Part shown: positions 8,867 to 18,718 of the stretch, piece after piece
Layout of the letters: every line of letters starts with the position of its first letter
Numbering within the stretch: position 1 is the stretch's first letter
Origin: Dehalococcoidia bacterium
GTDB taxonomy: Bacteria > Chloroflexota > Dehalococcoidia > Lucifugimonadales > UBA1127
Direction of reading: 5' to 3'
Assembly: GCA_034422455.1 (NCBI GenBank)
Contig: DAOUJQ010000016.1
Span: 1,152-65,151, forward strand
Length of the DNA: 64,000 nucleotides
Program-made: the position numbers and the translations under genes
The notes under the pieces: generated by a model
Databases searched by the model: none
Seen by the model: the letters and a program-made list of their open reading frames with translations, nothing else
What the model was told of the DNA's origin: nothing

Positions 8867-9350
8867 AGCATCTCCTAACGGGTAGGGTTGAAGGGAAAGC
8901 GGGAAGGGGGCAGCGAAAACCGTCAGGGGACGCGATTGAGCAGGCCCAGGTCGGCGAGCGCCTGACCCGGTGCGATCCATTGGTTCTGGTAGAGTGCGAC
9001 TGTTCTGAACATAGCTGCTAGCCCGAGTTGCCGTACGGCGCGGTCATAGCTCCGCCCCGTCGTTTTTCATTGACAAGCGCATCCTAGGAGTACCCCAAAA
9101 TGCTTGTCAAATCCTTCCCGCAGCCGATTTCGTAGCATTCCAAGGCTGGAGTCTCAAGAAATAGAAATTATCCGCCAGCCCCTTTGCCTGACTCTGCCGA
9201 ACCCCGCCGCCTTTTGTCCAATCCGGGGCGATTTTCGAACATTTCATTATTCATTTTCCCGGCAGTGTCATTTTTGTAGCCACCGGTAAAGCGAATAGTG
9301 GGCCGAAGGAACAGGAGCCGCCCCTGTCCGCTCAATTCCCAGCCTCCCTC

Positions 9351-9385
9351 TTGACATCCGCGCTTTCTTGTGGAACATATGTTCC
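9351..9385 (+). promoter_or_regulatory. putative promoter (TTGACA -35) overlapped by a Cheo-type LexA/SOS box GGAACATATGTTCC
   Basis: TTGACA lies at 9351-9356. A perfect 14-bp palindrome at 9372-9385 has the core GAAC-N4-GTTC and sits 25 nt upstream of the radical SAM start codon. Confidence 0.6.
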
Positions 9386-9409
9386 AAATCACCACACCGG
9401 AGGAACGCT

Positions 9410-10759
9410 ATGCTCATCAAGCACAGGCCCGACACCTTTGAGAAGCTGAGCATCCTGGGCGGCATGGCCAGCGACGACATCCTGTCGCGCCCCAACGACG
9501 TCCCGTCGCCCAACCCGATGCTCGCGGGGGCCAGGGCGCCGCGCGCCACTCCATCGCGCATGCCCGTGCCCGGCGTCTACCGCGCCGCCATGCCTAATGG
9601 CAAGTTCATCAACCTCATGCGTGTTATGTTCACCGACTTCTGCAAGATGGACTGTTTCTACTGCCCCAACAGCCACTGGGTGCCCCGGAAGCGCTACGCC
9701 TTCACCGTGGACGAGCTGGCCAACGCCTTCATGGAGCTGCGGCAGCGCCACGCCGTCGACGGCCTCTTCCTCAGCTCCGGCATCGCGGGCACCGCCTCCA
9801 AGACCACGCAGCGCCTGATCAACGTGGTGGAGGTCATTCGCAAGAAGCACGGCTTCAACGGCTACATCCACATGAAGGTGATGCCGGGGGCGAACCGGGA
9901 GCTGGTGGACGCCGCCCACAAGCTCGGCACGCGCCTCTCGGTGAACCTGGAGACCCCCACAGCGGAGATGATGCGCCGCATCAGCACGATGAAGGACCTG
10001 GAGCGCGACATCCTCGACCCGATGCGGTGGGTCCATGAGATGAACCGCGAGTCCACCGGCGGTACGGTCGGCCAGGCGACGCAGCTCGTCGTGGGCGCCG
10101 CCAACGAGAGCGATCGCGACATCTTCCAGCGCATCGACCAGCTCTACGGCGAGCTGGACCTGAAGCGCGTCTACTACTCGGCCTTCCGGCCCGTGCGCTA
10201 CACGCCCCTCGAGGAGCACCCCAGCGTCTCCATGACCAGGGAGCACCGCCTCTACCAGATGGACTGGCTGAAGCGCATCTACAACTTCTCCAACCAGGAG
10301 ATTTCCCAGGCCTTCGACGGTGCCGGTTACCTGGACCTCCACCGCGACCCCAAGACCGCCATCGCCGTGGAGAACGCCGACGCCTTTCCCGTCGACGTCA
10401 ACACCGCCACCCGCGAGCAGCTGCTCCGCGTCCCGGGCGTCGGCCCCACCTCGACGGACCGCATCCTGAAGAACCGGCGCGGGCACACCATCGACACGTG
10501 GCGGGACCTGCAGGCGATGGGCGTTGTGCGGAAGCGGGCGTGGCCCTTCCTGGCCTTCCCCGGCCAGCGACCTCCCACGGCCCGGCAGATCCGTCTCGAC
10601 CTCTTTGGCGAACGGCAGCCGTCCGAGGCGGCCCCGCAGGCCGCCGGCGCCAGCACAACCCCGTGCGGCGTCGGCTCGACGTGCGCCGGGTGCTCGCTCT
10701 ACGGCGCGCCCGGTCACCCCGGCGCACCCGAGGCTGACGCGCTCGCCGCAGCGGCGTAG
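9410..10759 (+). CDS. putative DNA modification/repair radical SAM protein with C-terminal helix-hairpin-helix
   Basis: CxxxCxxC cluster CKMDCFYC and HhH motif LLRVPGVGPTSTDRIL. The start at ATG 9410 is preceded by GGAGGAA. Confidence 0.8.
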   Translation: MLIKHRPDTFEKLSILGGMASDDILSRPNDVPSPNPMLAGARAPRATPSRMPVPGVYRAAMPNGKFINLMRVMFTDFCKMDCFYCPNSHWVPRKRYAFTVDELANAFMELRQRHAVDGLFLSSGIAGTASKTTQRLINVVEVIRKKHGFNGYIHMKVMPGANRELVDAAHKLGTRLSVNLETPTAEMMRRISTMKDLERDILDPMRWVHEMNRESTGGTVGQATQLVVGAANESDRDIFQRIDQLYGELDLKRVYYSAFRPVRYTPLEEHPSVSMTREHRLYQMDWLKRIYNFSNQEISQAFDGAGYLDLHRDPKTAIAVENADAFPVDVNTATREQLLRVPGVGPTSTDRILKNRRGHTIDTWRDLQAMGVVRKRAWPFLAFPGQRPPTARQIRLDLFGERQPSEAAPQAAGASTTPCGVGSTCAGCSLYGAPGHPGAPEADALAAAA

Positions 10760-10786
10760 TAGGAACTCTTGTAGCTACCCTATCGT

Positions 10787-10818
10787 CCGTTCGCCCTGAG
10801 GGAAATCGAAGGGCGAAC
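10787..10818. repeat. REP-like hairpin, family A (full copy): CCGTTCGCCC-TGAGGGAAATCGAA-GGGCGAAC
   Basis: Inverted repeat GTTCGCCC/GGGCGAAC around a 14-nt loop, 28 nt after the radical SAM stop codon. Confidence 0.85.
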
Positions 10819-10829
10819 AGTGCCGCCCA

Positions 10830-12152
10830 TTGCCGCGGCCGCCCTGTCGTACAATGGAAGGCAGTGCACGATTCTTGCTGCCGAGGCCCCCTCCAGTGAG
10901 CACGTCCGCAGGCATAGCGCCCACCGCCAGGCAACCGGTTTACGCATGGGTGGTCATGGCCCACCTGTGGGGAATGGACTTCGTCAACAACATGGTCTTC
11001 TTCTCGCTCGGCGTCCTGGTGCCGATCTGGCGGGAAGACCTTGGCCTCACCCCCACCCAGGCGGGACTTCTAGGCACCGCCGGATTCATGGGCTTCGGCC
11101 TGATGGCGCTTCCCGCCAGCATCTGGTTGACCCGGTACAGCCCCAAGCTGGTCACGCTCGCGGCCAGCGTGGGCATGGCGGGGTTCACGATGCTGCAGGC
11201 GGCGTCGCCGGTGGCCGTTTTGCTCATGCTCTCGAGGCTTGGCTTCGTCATCTGCTCCGCAGTGCGCATCCAGCTCCAGGTCATGCTCATCCAGCAGTGG
11301 TTCCGTCCGAGGCTGTTCGCAACGGTGAACAGTCTCGACTACGGCACCCGGTCCACCGGGCAGGTGATCGCGCTGGCCGCCACGCCGGGGTTGGTGATGC
11401 TGCTTGGCAGCTGGCGCAGCCACTACTTCTTCGTCGGCGTGTTGCTGCTGCTCATCACCCTCTCGTGGGTTTTCCTGGGCCGCGAACGCCGAACGCGCCC
11501 TGAGGGAGACGGGGCGATGCGGCACGAGCCCAACCCCGCCGGCGTGCTACGCAGGAACAAGACGATGTGGATGGTGGCGACGGCCCAATTGGGCGTTGCC
11601 GTATGCTTCGGCTCCTTCTTGACCTTCTACCCGTCGTACGCCATCGACAAGCTGGACATCTCCCTTGAGACGGCGGGGTTGCTGATGAGCGCCTTCCCTG
11701 TCGGCGGCGTCTGCGGCACGCTGGCGTCGGGGCCGCTGTCGCAGTGGGTCGGCCGGCGCAAGCCCTTTGTCTTCATACCCGGAATCGTGCTCCCCATCGC
11801 GTACTCACTCTTGCTGCAGGCTCCAAGCGTGCCCGTGGCGGCGCTGGTCCTCTTTGTCATCGGCCTCAGCGCCATGGGCACTGCCCCCATCCTCTTCACA
11901 ATTCCGATGGACCTGCGGCTGCCGCACCGGGAGGTTGCCGTGGCGCAGGGGCTCATGCGGACGCTCTTCCCCTTCAGCGCCATGTGGGGGCCGCTCTTTG
12001 TGGGGCTGATGCAGGAAAGCACGGGCTCCCTTTTCGTCGGCCTGATGATCGTGGCGCCGCTGAACATCACCCTCTTCATCAACGGCGTCCTCATGCCGGA
12101 AACGGGCATCCGCGGCAGGCTCGACCGCATGCGGGCGACAAGGACGGGCTAA
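10830..12152 (+). CDS. MFS transporter
   Basis: Multi-TM ORF. The start is uncertain (ATG 10830 or 10854, or GTG 10896). Confidence 0.7.
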   Translation: MPRPPCRTMEGSARFLLPRPPPVSTSAGIAPTARQPVYAWVVMAHLWGMDFVNNMVFFSLGVLVPIWREDLGLTPTQAGLLGTAGFMGFGLMALPASIWLTRYSPKLVTLAASVGMAGFTMLQAASPVAVLLMLSRLGFVICSAVRIQLQVMLIQQWFRPRLFATVNSLDYGTRSTGQVIALAATPGLVMLLGSWRSHYFFVGVLLLLITLSWVFLGRERRTRPEGDGAMRHEPNPAGVLRRNKTMWMVATAQLGVAVCFGSFLTFYPSYAIDKLDISLETAGLLMSAFPVGGVCGTLASGPLSQWVGRRKPFVFIPGIVLPIAYSLLLQAPSVPVAALVLFVIGLSAMGTAPILFTIPMDLRLPHREVAVAQGLMRTLFPFSAMWGPLFVGLMQESTGSLFVGLMIVAPLNITLFINGVLMPETGIRGRLDRMRATRTG

Positions 12153-12287
12153 GATTCCCAAGGGGGTTTTCCCGCCTTTCTTGCCCCGGCTCCTCGCTCC
12201 CTCTACCATGAGGCCCACCCCAGTTTTGCCGAACGGACGGCTATTTCCCTTTAGCTGGGTGTTCCCGCAGCCGGAAGGACAAGCCAC

Positions 12288-14021
12288 ATGCCCCACGAGC
12301 TGAACCTCTTCTGGGACATCGTCATCATCTTTGCCGTAGCGTTTGCCGGTTCGCTGGTGGCGCGGCTGTTTCGTCTGCCCGTGCTGGTGGGCTACCTGGC
12401 CGGGGGCATGATCATCGGCCCGCATGTCTTGGGGGTGATCGGCAATCAGGAGACGGTGGAGTCCCTGGCGGAGTTCGGGGTGGTCCTACTGCTCTTTGCC
12501 GTGGGCGTCGAGGTCTCATTCCGCGATGTCGTCAAGCTGCGCAATATCGCCGTGTTCGGGACGCTTGCACAAATCACGAGCTTGGGGGCCATCGGGTTCG
12601 GAGTGGGCCGCTTGCTCGGTTTTGACAACCCGGGCGCCTTGACGCTTGCGCTGGCGGTCTCCTTGAGCAGCACGATGGTCGTTCTGAAGACCCTGAACGA
12701 CCGCGGCGACCTGCTGAGCCTTCATGGCCGCATATTGACCGGCATGCTCCTGGTGCAAGATCTGGCCTTCGTGCCGATGATTGCCGTCCTTCCGGCCCTT
12801 GGCGCGGAGGGCGGCGGTTTCCTGACGGAGCTCGGCATCGGCCTGCTCAAGGCCGCCGCCGTATTGGGAGGCATGGCGCTGTTGGGGGGACGCGTTCTGA
12901 CGTGGCTCCTTGGACGCGTAACGCGGCTGGGCTCCCGAGAGGTCTTCATCCTCTCCCTTGTGGCCATCTCTTTCGGCACTGCGGCGCTCACCAACGCCGC
13001 CGGGCTTTCCGCCGCCCTGGGCGCTTTCGTCGCCGGCGTCCTGCTGAGCGAGTCCGACTTCGGCCATCGAGCGCTCGCTGAAATAACCCCGCTGCGCGAC
13101 ACCTTTGCCGCCATGTTTTTCGTTTCCCTCGGCATGCTCACGGACCCCGTGCACGTCCTTCAAGACCCGATTCCCGTGCTGACCCTCGTGGCCGTCGTGC
13201 TGGTGGCGAAATTCGGCGTTACGGCGATTATCGGGAGGGCATTCGGCTACCTCCCTCACACGGCGATGCTGGTGGGGTTCGGGATGGTGCAGATCGGCGA
13301 GTTCAGCTTCCTCATTGTCGCCACAGCCCTTCAACTGGACGTTATCGGGGAACGCCTCTTCTCGCTGGTCGTTATTGCCGCCGTTGTCACCATGGCGCTG
13401 ACTCCGGGCATTCTTGCGGGCGGAGCCGCCGCCCTGCTGTCTGTAAGCGCCCGTTACCGGTCTCTACGGCCCTACCGCTTCAGCCTCACTGAACCGGAAT
13501 CGCGGCCCCACGCCATGCGGGGTCACGCCATCGTCTGCGGCCTGGGACGGGTCGGCACGCTGGTGGCCCAGGTTCTCAACGAGCACCATGTGCCCTTCAT
13601 TGCCATTGACCTCGACCCCAACACGCTGCGGGAGTGGCGCGAACGCGGCCAGACCGTTCTTCACGGCGACAGTCACAACGAGCGGGTGCTGGAGGCCGCG
13701 AGCGTGCGGCGCGCCCGGCTGCTTGTCGTGTGCGTGACCGACCCCGTTGCAACGTGGCTCACCACTCACAACGCCCTTGCAATGAACCCGGACCTGGACG
13801 CGGTTGCCCTGGTGCGCCAGCGAGAGGAGGGCGAGCGGATCAAGCAACTTGGCGTCGCGGAGGTTGTCTGGCCGGAGCTGGAGGGAGCGCTGGAGGCGCT
13901 GCGCCACTCCCTCTACCGTTACCGCACCGGCGAGGACGAGGTGGAGGCGCTGGTGGACCAGCTTCGCAGCGAGCTCCGCTTCCGCAGGCCCGGCGACGAG
14001 GACACACGCACAACGGAATAG
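12288..14021 (+). CDS. cation:proton antiporter (CPA2, Kef-type) with C-terminal TrkA-N/RCK domain
   Basis: N-terminal Na+/H+-exchanger-like membrane domain followed by the Rossmann motif IVCGLGRVGTLVAQ. Confidence 0.85.
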   Translation: MPHELNLFWDIVIIFAVAFAGSLVARLFRLPVLVGYLAGGMIIGPHVLGVIGNQETVESLAEFGVVLLLFAVGVEVSFRDVVKLRNIAVFGTLAQITSLGAIGFGVGRLLGFDNPGALTLALAVSLSSTMVVLKTLNDRGDLLSLHGRILTGMLLVQDLAFVPMIAVLPALGAEGGGFLTELGIGLLKAAAVLGGMALLGGRVLTWLLGRVTRLGSREVFILSLVAISFGTAALTNAAGLSAALGAFVAGVLLSESDFGHRALAEITPLRDTFAAMFFVSLGMLTDPVHVLQDPIPVLTLVAVVLVAKFGVTAIIGRAFGYLPHTAMLVGFGMVQIGEFSFLIVATALQLDVIGERLFSLVVIAAVVTMALTPGILAGGAAALLSVSARYRSLRPYRFSLTEPESRPHAMRGHAIVCGLGRVGTLVAQVLNEHHVPFIAIDLDPNTLREWRERGQTVLHGDSHNERVLEAASVRRARLLVVCVTDPVATWLTTHNALAMNPDLDAVALVRQREEGERIKQLGVAEVVWPELEGALEALRHSLYRYRTGEDEVEALVDQLRSELRFRRPGDEDTRTTE

Positions 14022-14041
14022 TTCAGGTGAGCCGACGCCCC

Positions 14042-15208
14042 CTACCTGCCGACGATCACCTGCTCGTGCTCGCCGTTCACGGTCACCGTGTACTCCACGC
14101 CCTCCTCAAACGACCCCAGCAGCACGGTTGTCTCCTCGATGGGGAAGTCCGCGGTGCACATGACGTCCCGGTCGGTGATTTCATGGTGCGTGATGCGCAC
14201 GTTGAGCGTGTTGTCGTTCCTCCGTTCGAGCTCATAGCCGTTGTACTGGGTGCAGCTTCCGGAGGGCCTGCCGGAGACCACCTTCAGCGCATACTGGACA
14301 GGGTAGCTCTCCATCTCCAGGACCTCGGCGCGCTGCACGGGAGAATCCGCGACGACCGTGTGGCCCAGCTGCTCGTCCGGCAGGGTGAATGTGCTGAAAG
14401 CCTCGCCGTTCACCGTGACGGTGTACGCGGCCCCCGGCTTCAGGTCCGCGCTGATGTGCTCGATGGCGTCCAGCTCCACGAACTCCGCGTCGCAGCCGGT
14501 GTCCCACGGCAGATCCTTCGGCTGCTGCAGGGTCAGCGTGACCGCGATCTCCTTGCCCTGCACCTCCAGGCTCTGGCTGCCGGGGCGGGCGCAATTCTCG
14601 ACGGTGGACTGGTAGAACTCAATGCGGATGTAGTGGTCGTTCCCCTCCCGGAAGTGGTAGCCCCGGATGATCCCCGGCGGCCGCTCCACCCACGTGCGAT
14701 GGTCGCCGTCCACCTCTGCGGCGAGATCGGGCGGCGGCTGCACCAGCACGAGCGGAATATCCACCCTGTCCGGATTGCTGTGAGTGATGACGTCGTAGGC
14801 CGTGTCGTTGGTGAACGCCAGCCGGCCGTCCTCCTCGATGATCCTGACCTGCACCGAGTACGTGTTCCGGTCATCGATGTCGTCACGGTTGTACTCGACC
14901 TCGAACGCTATCGGCACCTGCCCGGGGTCCTCGATGGTCTGCCTGGCGATCAGCGGCGCGGCGGCATCCTGCAGCGACGTGTCCCGCAGCTCCACCTCCA
15001 GCCGCGCACCCGGCGTCAGCTCTATACCCTCCCTGTACGTGACGGTGCCGCGCACGGAGGCGTTCGGGTCCTTGCCGGATGGCGCCTCCGTCGTAACGGT
15101 CGCCGTTGGATTCGTAGCCGGCCTGCCGTCTCCGCACGCCACCGCCGCGGTGAGCACTGCCAGGACCGCAATGACGGTGGGGAACGCTCTTGTAGATACC
15201 CTGCCCAT
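14042..15208 (-). CDS. lipoprotein with YbaY-like domain, function unknown
   Basis: Lipobox AAVAC after a hydrophobic signal sequence. The start is set at ATG 15206-15208. The segment TVTYREGIELTPGARLEVELRD..APLIA resembles YbaY-type lipoproteins. Confidence 0.5.
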   Translation of the reverse strand: MGRVSTRAFPTVIAVLAVLTAAVACGDGRPATNPTATVTTEAPSGKDPNASVRGTVTYREGIELTPGARLEVELRDTSLQDAAAPLIARQTIEDPGQVPIAFEVEYNRDDIDDRNTYSVQVRIIEEDGRLAFTNDTAYDVITHSNPDRVDIPLVLVQPPPDLAAEVDGDHRTWVERPPGIIRGYHFREGNDHYIRIEFYQSTVENCARPGSQSLEVQGKEIAVTLTLQQPKDLPWDTGCDAEFVELDAIEHISADLKPGAAYTVTVNGEAFSTFTLPDEQLGHTVVADSPVQRAEVLEMESYPVQYALKVVSGRPSGSCTQYNGYELERRNDNTLNVRITHHEITDRDVMCTADFPIEETTVLLGSFEEGVEYTVTVNGEHEQVIVGR

Positions 15209-15373
15209 CTTCCTGCCTCTACGGGTGTTTCGCTTGTCGGCGTGGGCGCCAACAAGATGTCCTGCATATATAGAGACACCGCAGGGGATGCGAAGGTTCC
15301 ATGGCAAGAGAGCATTCGCCCTTCCCGCAACCCTCATTGTTGAATGCTGCGATTCATCTATTGCAAGCCATAG

Positions 15374-15412
15374 AAAAAGGAGGAGGGCTGCTTCAGAGGG
15401 TAGCCCTCCTCC
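15374..15412 (-). terminator. intrinsic terminator downstream of htrA
   Basis: 11-bp stem GGAGGAGGGCT/AGCCCTCCTCC. On the minus strand it is followed by TTTTT, 22 nt after the htrA stop codon. Confidence 0.6.
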
Positions 15413-15433
15413 GACGCGGGGCGCCTGGTCCCG

Positions 15434-16714
15434 CTAGTTTTCCGGCCGTGTGCCCAGGGTAACGGTTACCGTCTCCGCCTCGCCGTCCGGGTGGAGGATG
15501 CTGACGGTGATCTCGTCGCCGGGACGTGCGTGTTCTACCAGGTAAGAGATCAGGTCGTGCATCTCCTTGACCTCCTCGCCGTTGACGGAGGTGATCACGT
15601 CCCCGCCGAGCACGAGATCCCTGCCCTCGACCGTCGCTTCCTCCTCGCCGCCCTTCAGGCCTGCCTTGTCTGCCGGGCCGTCCTCGGTCACGTTCAGCAC
15701 GAGCACGCCCCGGGAACCTTCCGGCAGATCCATCTCTTCTATCACGTCGGATGTGAGCGTCGTGCCGCTGATGCCCAACCACGCGTACTGGTACTTGCCG
15801 TGCTCGATCAGGTCCGGCACCACCTGCTTGGCGATGTCGATAGGCACGGCGAACCCCACGCCCGAGTTGGCGCCTGAGCGGCTGAGAATCTGCGTGTTGA
15901 TCCCGATGACCTGGCCGTGCCTGTTCAGCAGCGGTCCGCCGGAGTTGCCCGGGTTGATGGGAGCGTCCGTTTGCACGACCAGGGGTATGGAGTACGGGCC
16001 GCTGCCGCTGCGGATAGTGCGCTTCAGTGCGCTCACGATGCCGCTGGTGAGCGTGAAGTCCTGTCCGAACGGGCTGCCGATGGCCAACGCCACTTGCCCG
16101 ACCTTCAGATCGTCGACGTCACCTCGCGGCAACGGCTGGAGATCCCTCGCAGCCGGGTCAATCTTGAGGATGGCCAGGTCGGAGTCCGGGTCGCCGCCCA
16201 GGAACTCGGCGTCCACCTCCTGGCCGTCGGCGAAGACCACGCTGACGCTGTCGGAACCCTCCACGACGTGCCAGTTGGTGAGGATGTGGCCCTCCTCGTC
16301 CCATACGAAGCCCGACCCCGCGCCGTGCCGGTACTCGTCCAGCGGCCCCTGAGGTCGCTCGCCGAAGAAGTCGAAGCCGAATGCCGAGTCCTCCGGGTCC
16401 AGGCGGTGCACGACGCTCACATATACAACCGACGGGAGAGCGTTCTCGTAGACGGTCGTGAGGACGTGCTCACGTGCGGCAACGATGTCCATGGGGCTCA
16501 GAAGCGGCGGGTCTTCAGCGGCATCGATGGTGTCCACCGGGCCCGTCGAGTCGGCGACTGCGACCCGCTCCGACACGATCGTTGGCAGGGGTGTTGGCTC
16601 CGGCCTTGCAGCGGAGGCCGAGGTATCCGAGTCGGCTGAGTCATCGACGTTGCTGCAGGCGGCGAGGAGGAAGATGAGTGCGGTGCCCAGGTAGAATATG
16701 ATTCCGGTGCTCAT
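15434..16714 (-). CDS. HtrA/DegP-family serine protease (S1C) with PDZ domain
   Basis: Catalytic motifs NWHVVEG, DLAILK and GNSGGPLL, plus a C-terminal PDZ-like region. The start at ATG 16712-16714 is preceded by AGGAGGG and followed by an N-terminal TM anchor. Confidence 0.85.
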   Translation of the reverse strand: MSTGIIFYLGTALIFLLAACSNVDDSADSDTSASAARPEPTPLPTIVSERVAVADSTGPVDTIDAAEDPPLLSPMDIVAAREHVLTTVYENALPSVVYVSVVHRLDPEDSAFGFDFFGERPQGPLDEYRHGAGSGFVWDEEGHILTNWHVVEGSDSVSVVFADGQEVDAEFLGGDPDSDLAILKIDPAARDLQPLPRGDVDDLKVGQVALAIGSPFGQDFTLTSGIVSALKRTIRSGSGPYSIPLVVQTDAPINPGNSGGPLLNRHGQVIGINTQILSRSGANSGVGFAVPIDIAKQVVPDLIEHGKYQYAWLGISGTTLTSDVIEEMDLPEGSRGVLVLNVTEDGPADKAGLKGGEEEATVEGRDLVLGGDVITSVNGEEVKEMHDLISYLVEHARPGDEITVSILHPDGEAETVTVTLGTRPEN

Positions 16715-16967
16715 GGTTTTGCGCCCTCCTGGCTGATTTAAATGAAGAGCATTTGCAATACCATTGTTTCGCATTTGATTTGGATTCACCGTTTCCCTTC
16801 TTGTCAAAGATGTCTCCGCTATGCTCAACCCGTCTTCCGGGTTCTCCAACCTTCTCTCTACTTGGAAAAACGAATATCGTCGCGTTGCGTTAGCTGGAAT
16901 TGCATTGGACAATGCCGCAGTTGCGTTGGTATCGTATGGGCGCACCATGACGTAGGGGAGGGTTTGC

Positions 16968-17279
16968 ATGGCAGAGAACTTCGTGAAGGTAGGCCAGGTG
17001 TCAGCGATTAGGCCCGGTCAGCTCGCCATGACCAAGGTCGGCGACGTCGAGGTCATGCTTGCCAACCTGGACGGCGAGATCTTCGCTCTGGACAACTTCT
17101 GCCCCCACGAGGGCTGGGCCCTTCACGAGGGCATCCTGGAAGACGACTGCGTGGAGTGCCCGGGCCACAGCCACTTCTACAGCGTCAAGACGGGCCAGCG
17201 CACAGGTGTGCTCGAGGAGCGCGCCGGGACGTTCGCCGTTCGTATCGACGGCGACGACATTCTGGTCGACCTCGGCTAG
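16968..17279 (+). CDS. Rieske-type [2Fe-2S] ferredoxin
   Basis: 103 aa with CPHEGWAL and CPGH, i.e. the CxH...CxxH Rieske ligands. Confidence 0.8.
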   Translation: MAENFVKVGQVSAIRPGQLAMTKVGDVEVMLANLDGEIFALDNFCPHEGWALHEGILEDDCVECPGHSHFYSVKTGQRTGVLEERAGTFAVRIDGDDILVDLG

Positions 17280-17312
17280 CTACAACCTCGTATCTGGAGC
17301 GCAGCCGCCCCA

Positions 17313-17350
17313 CCGTTCGCCCTGAGCTTGTCGAAGGGTCCGAAGAACGG
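17313..17350. repeat. REP-like element, family A
   Basis: CCGTTCGCCCTGAGCTTGTCGAAGGGTCCGAAGAACGG, 34 nt after the Rieske ferredoxin stop codon. Confidence 0.8.
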
Positions 17351-17380
17351 ATGGGGCGGTCGTTTGTCGCCGCGTTCTCC

Positions 17381-17953
17381 CTAGAACTCAATCCCCGGCT
17401 GCGCTTTGATCCCCTTGTCCTTGAACGGGTGCTTTATCTCCCGCATCTCCGTTACAAGGTCGGCGTACTCCACCAGCTCGTCCGGCGCGCCCCTGCCGGT
17501 GATGATGACGTGCATCGGGGCAGGCCGCTGCTTCAGCGTCTCGATCAGGTCGGCCGTAGACACCCACCCGAACTGGAGCGCGTAGGTTAGCTCGTCCATC
17601 ACGACGACGTCGTCATCGCCGTGGAGGATGGCCTCCCTGCACTGCTGCCACTGCTGCGCGGCCAGCTCTCCGGAGCGGTCCAGGTCCTTGGAGAGCCACG
17701 TGAAGCCGTCGCCCAGTGCGTCGATGTTGATGCCCACCTTCTCCGCGGCCCGCTGCTCTCCGTAGCGGGAGCCCGTGTTCTTGATGAATTGGAACATGTG
17801 GACCTTCATGCCGCGGCCCCACGCCCGAAAGAGCACGCCCAGGGCCGCAGTCGTCTTGCCCTTGCCGTCGCCCGTGTTCACGATGACCAGGCCGCGGGCG
17901 TTCCTGCGCCTCGGCCGGGAGGGCGATTTCTCAGTGCCTGCGTCTTGTGTCAT
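17381..17953 (-). CDS. cobO: cob(I)yrinic acid a,c-diamide adenosyltransferase
   Basis: P-loop NTGDGKGKTTAALG and the conserved tail HPF..G..AQ.GIEF. Confidence 0.9.
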   Translation of the reverse strand: MTQDAGTEKSPSRPRRRNARGLVIVNTGDGKGKTTAALGVLFRAWGRGMKVHMFQFIKNTGSRYGEQRAAEKVGINIDALGDGFTWLSKDLDRSGELAAQQWQQCREAILHGDDDVVVMDELTYALQFGWVSTADLIETLKQRPAPMHVIITGRGAPDELVEYADLVTEMREIKHPFKDKGIKAQPGIEF

Positions 17954-18189
17954 GCACCTTCTCCAACGCTATTTTCGGTGTGTCTCAGCTACAAAATCGG
18001 CTGTCTGGCATGTCACATGATTTGTCACAACTGCCCTGATCGCACCCTCATCGTGCGCACCGGCGGCAACCGAGTCAACCCGTCTGCTGGCCCATATGAC
18101 GCCGCTCTTGCTATCATTGGCGGCAGGCCTCTATTCGGGAACGTTGCGGGACCGCCGCGCAGAGGCCACATCACCAAAGGAGCGCCACC

Positions 18190-18501
18190 GTGGCCGAAGA
18201 CTACATCCGCGTCGCCGAAGCATCAGACCTGCCCCCCGGCGAGATCATGCGCGCCGAGGCCCACGGGCTGGAGATGTGCCTCGCCAACATCGAGGGCGAG
18301 GTCTATGCCGTCAGCAACGAGTGCCCCCATGCCAGCTGGCCGCTGCACGCCGGATTCCTGGACGGCGAGGAGATCGTCTGCGCCGGCCACAGCATCGCCT
18401 TCAACATTCGCAATTACGTCAAGGTCTCGCCCTATGATCCGGGCATCACGCACTACCCGGTAAAGGTGGAGGACGGCGGCATCTGGGTGGCATCCCCGTA
18501 G
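18190..18501 (+). CDS. Rieske-type [2Fe-2S] ferredoxin (paralogue of 16968-17279)
   Basis: GTG start, 103 aa, with CPHASWPL and CAGH. Confidence 0.8.
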   Translation: MAEDYIRVAEASDLPPGEIMRAEAHGLEMCLANIEGEVYAVSNECPHASWPLHAGFLDGEEIVCAGHSIAFNIRNYVKVSPYDPGITHYPVKVEDGGIWVASP

Positions 18502-18718
18502 CGCCGGCCCTCTCCTCCCGTTGTCCTCCGGTTGATGGACCTCTCAGGTTGCGGGTCCATAGCTGCCAAACCCGCACGATTTTGCCGCTCAACGGTACTG
18601 TACACGCCCCGTTTTGCTGCATTACCCTATGTGCGCGGGAAGGCCTTCCGGGCCGTCAACCCGGTCCCAACCCAATAGAGGACCTTGAGAACTGACTCAG
18701 CGATACCGGAGGGCCTTC

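Noticed and set aside
9104-9289. 61-aa ORF, together with the overlapping minus-strand ORFs at 9168-9561, in the panD/radical-SAM spacer.
   Set aside because: There is no RBS, the composition is atypical, and there are no motifs. The region is better explained as regulatory or non-coding DNA.
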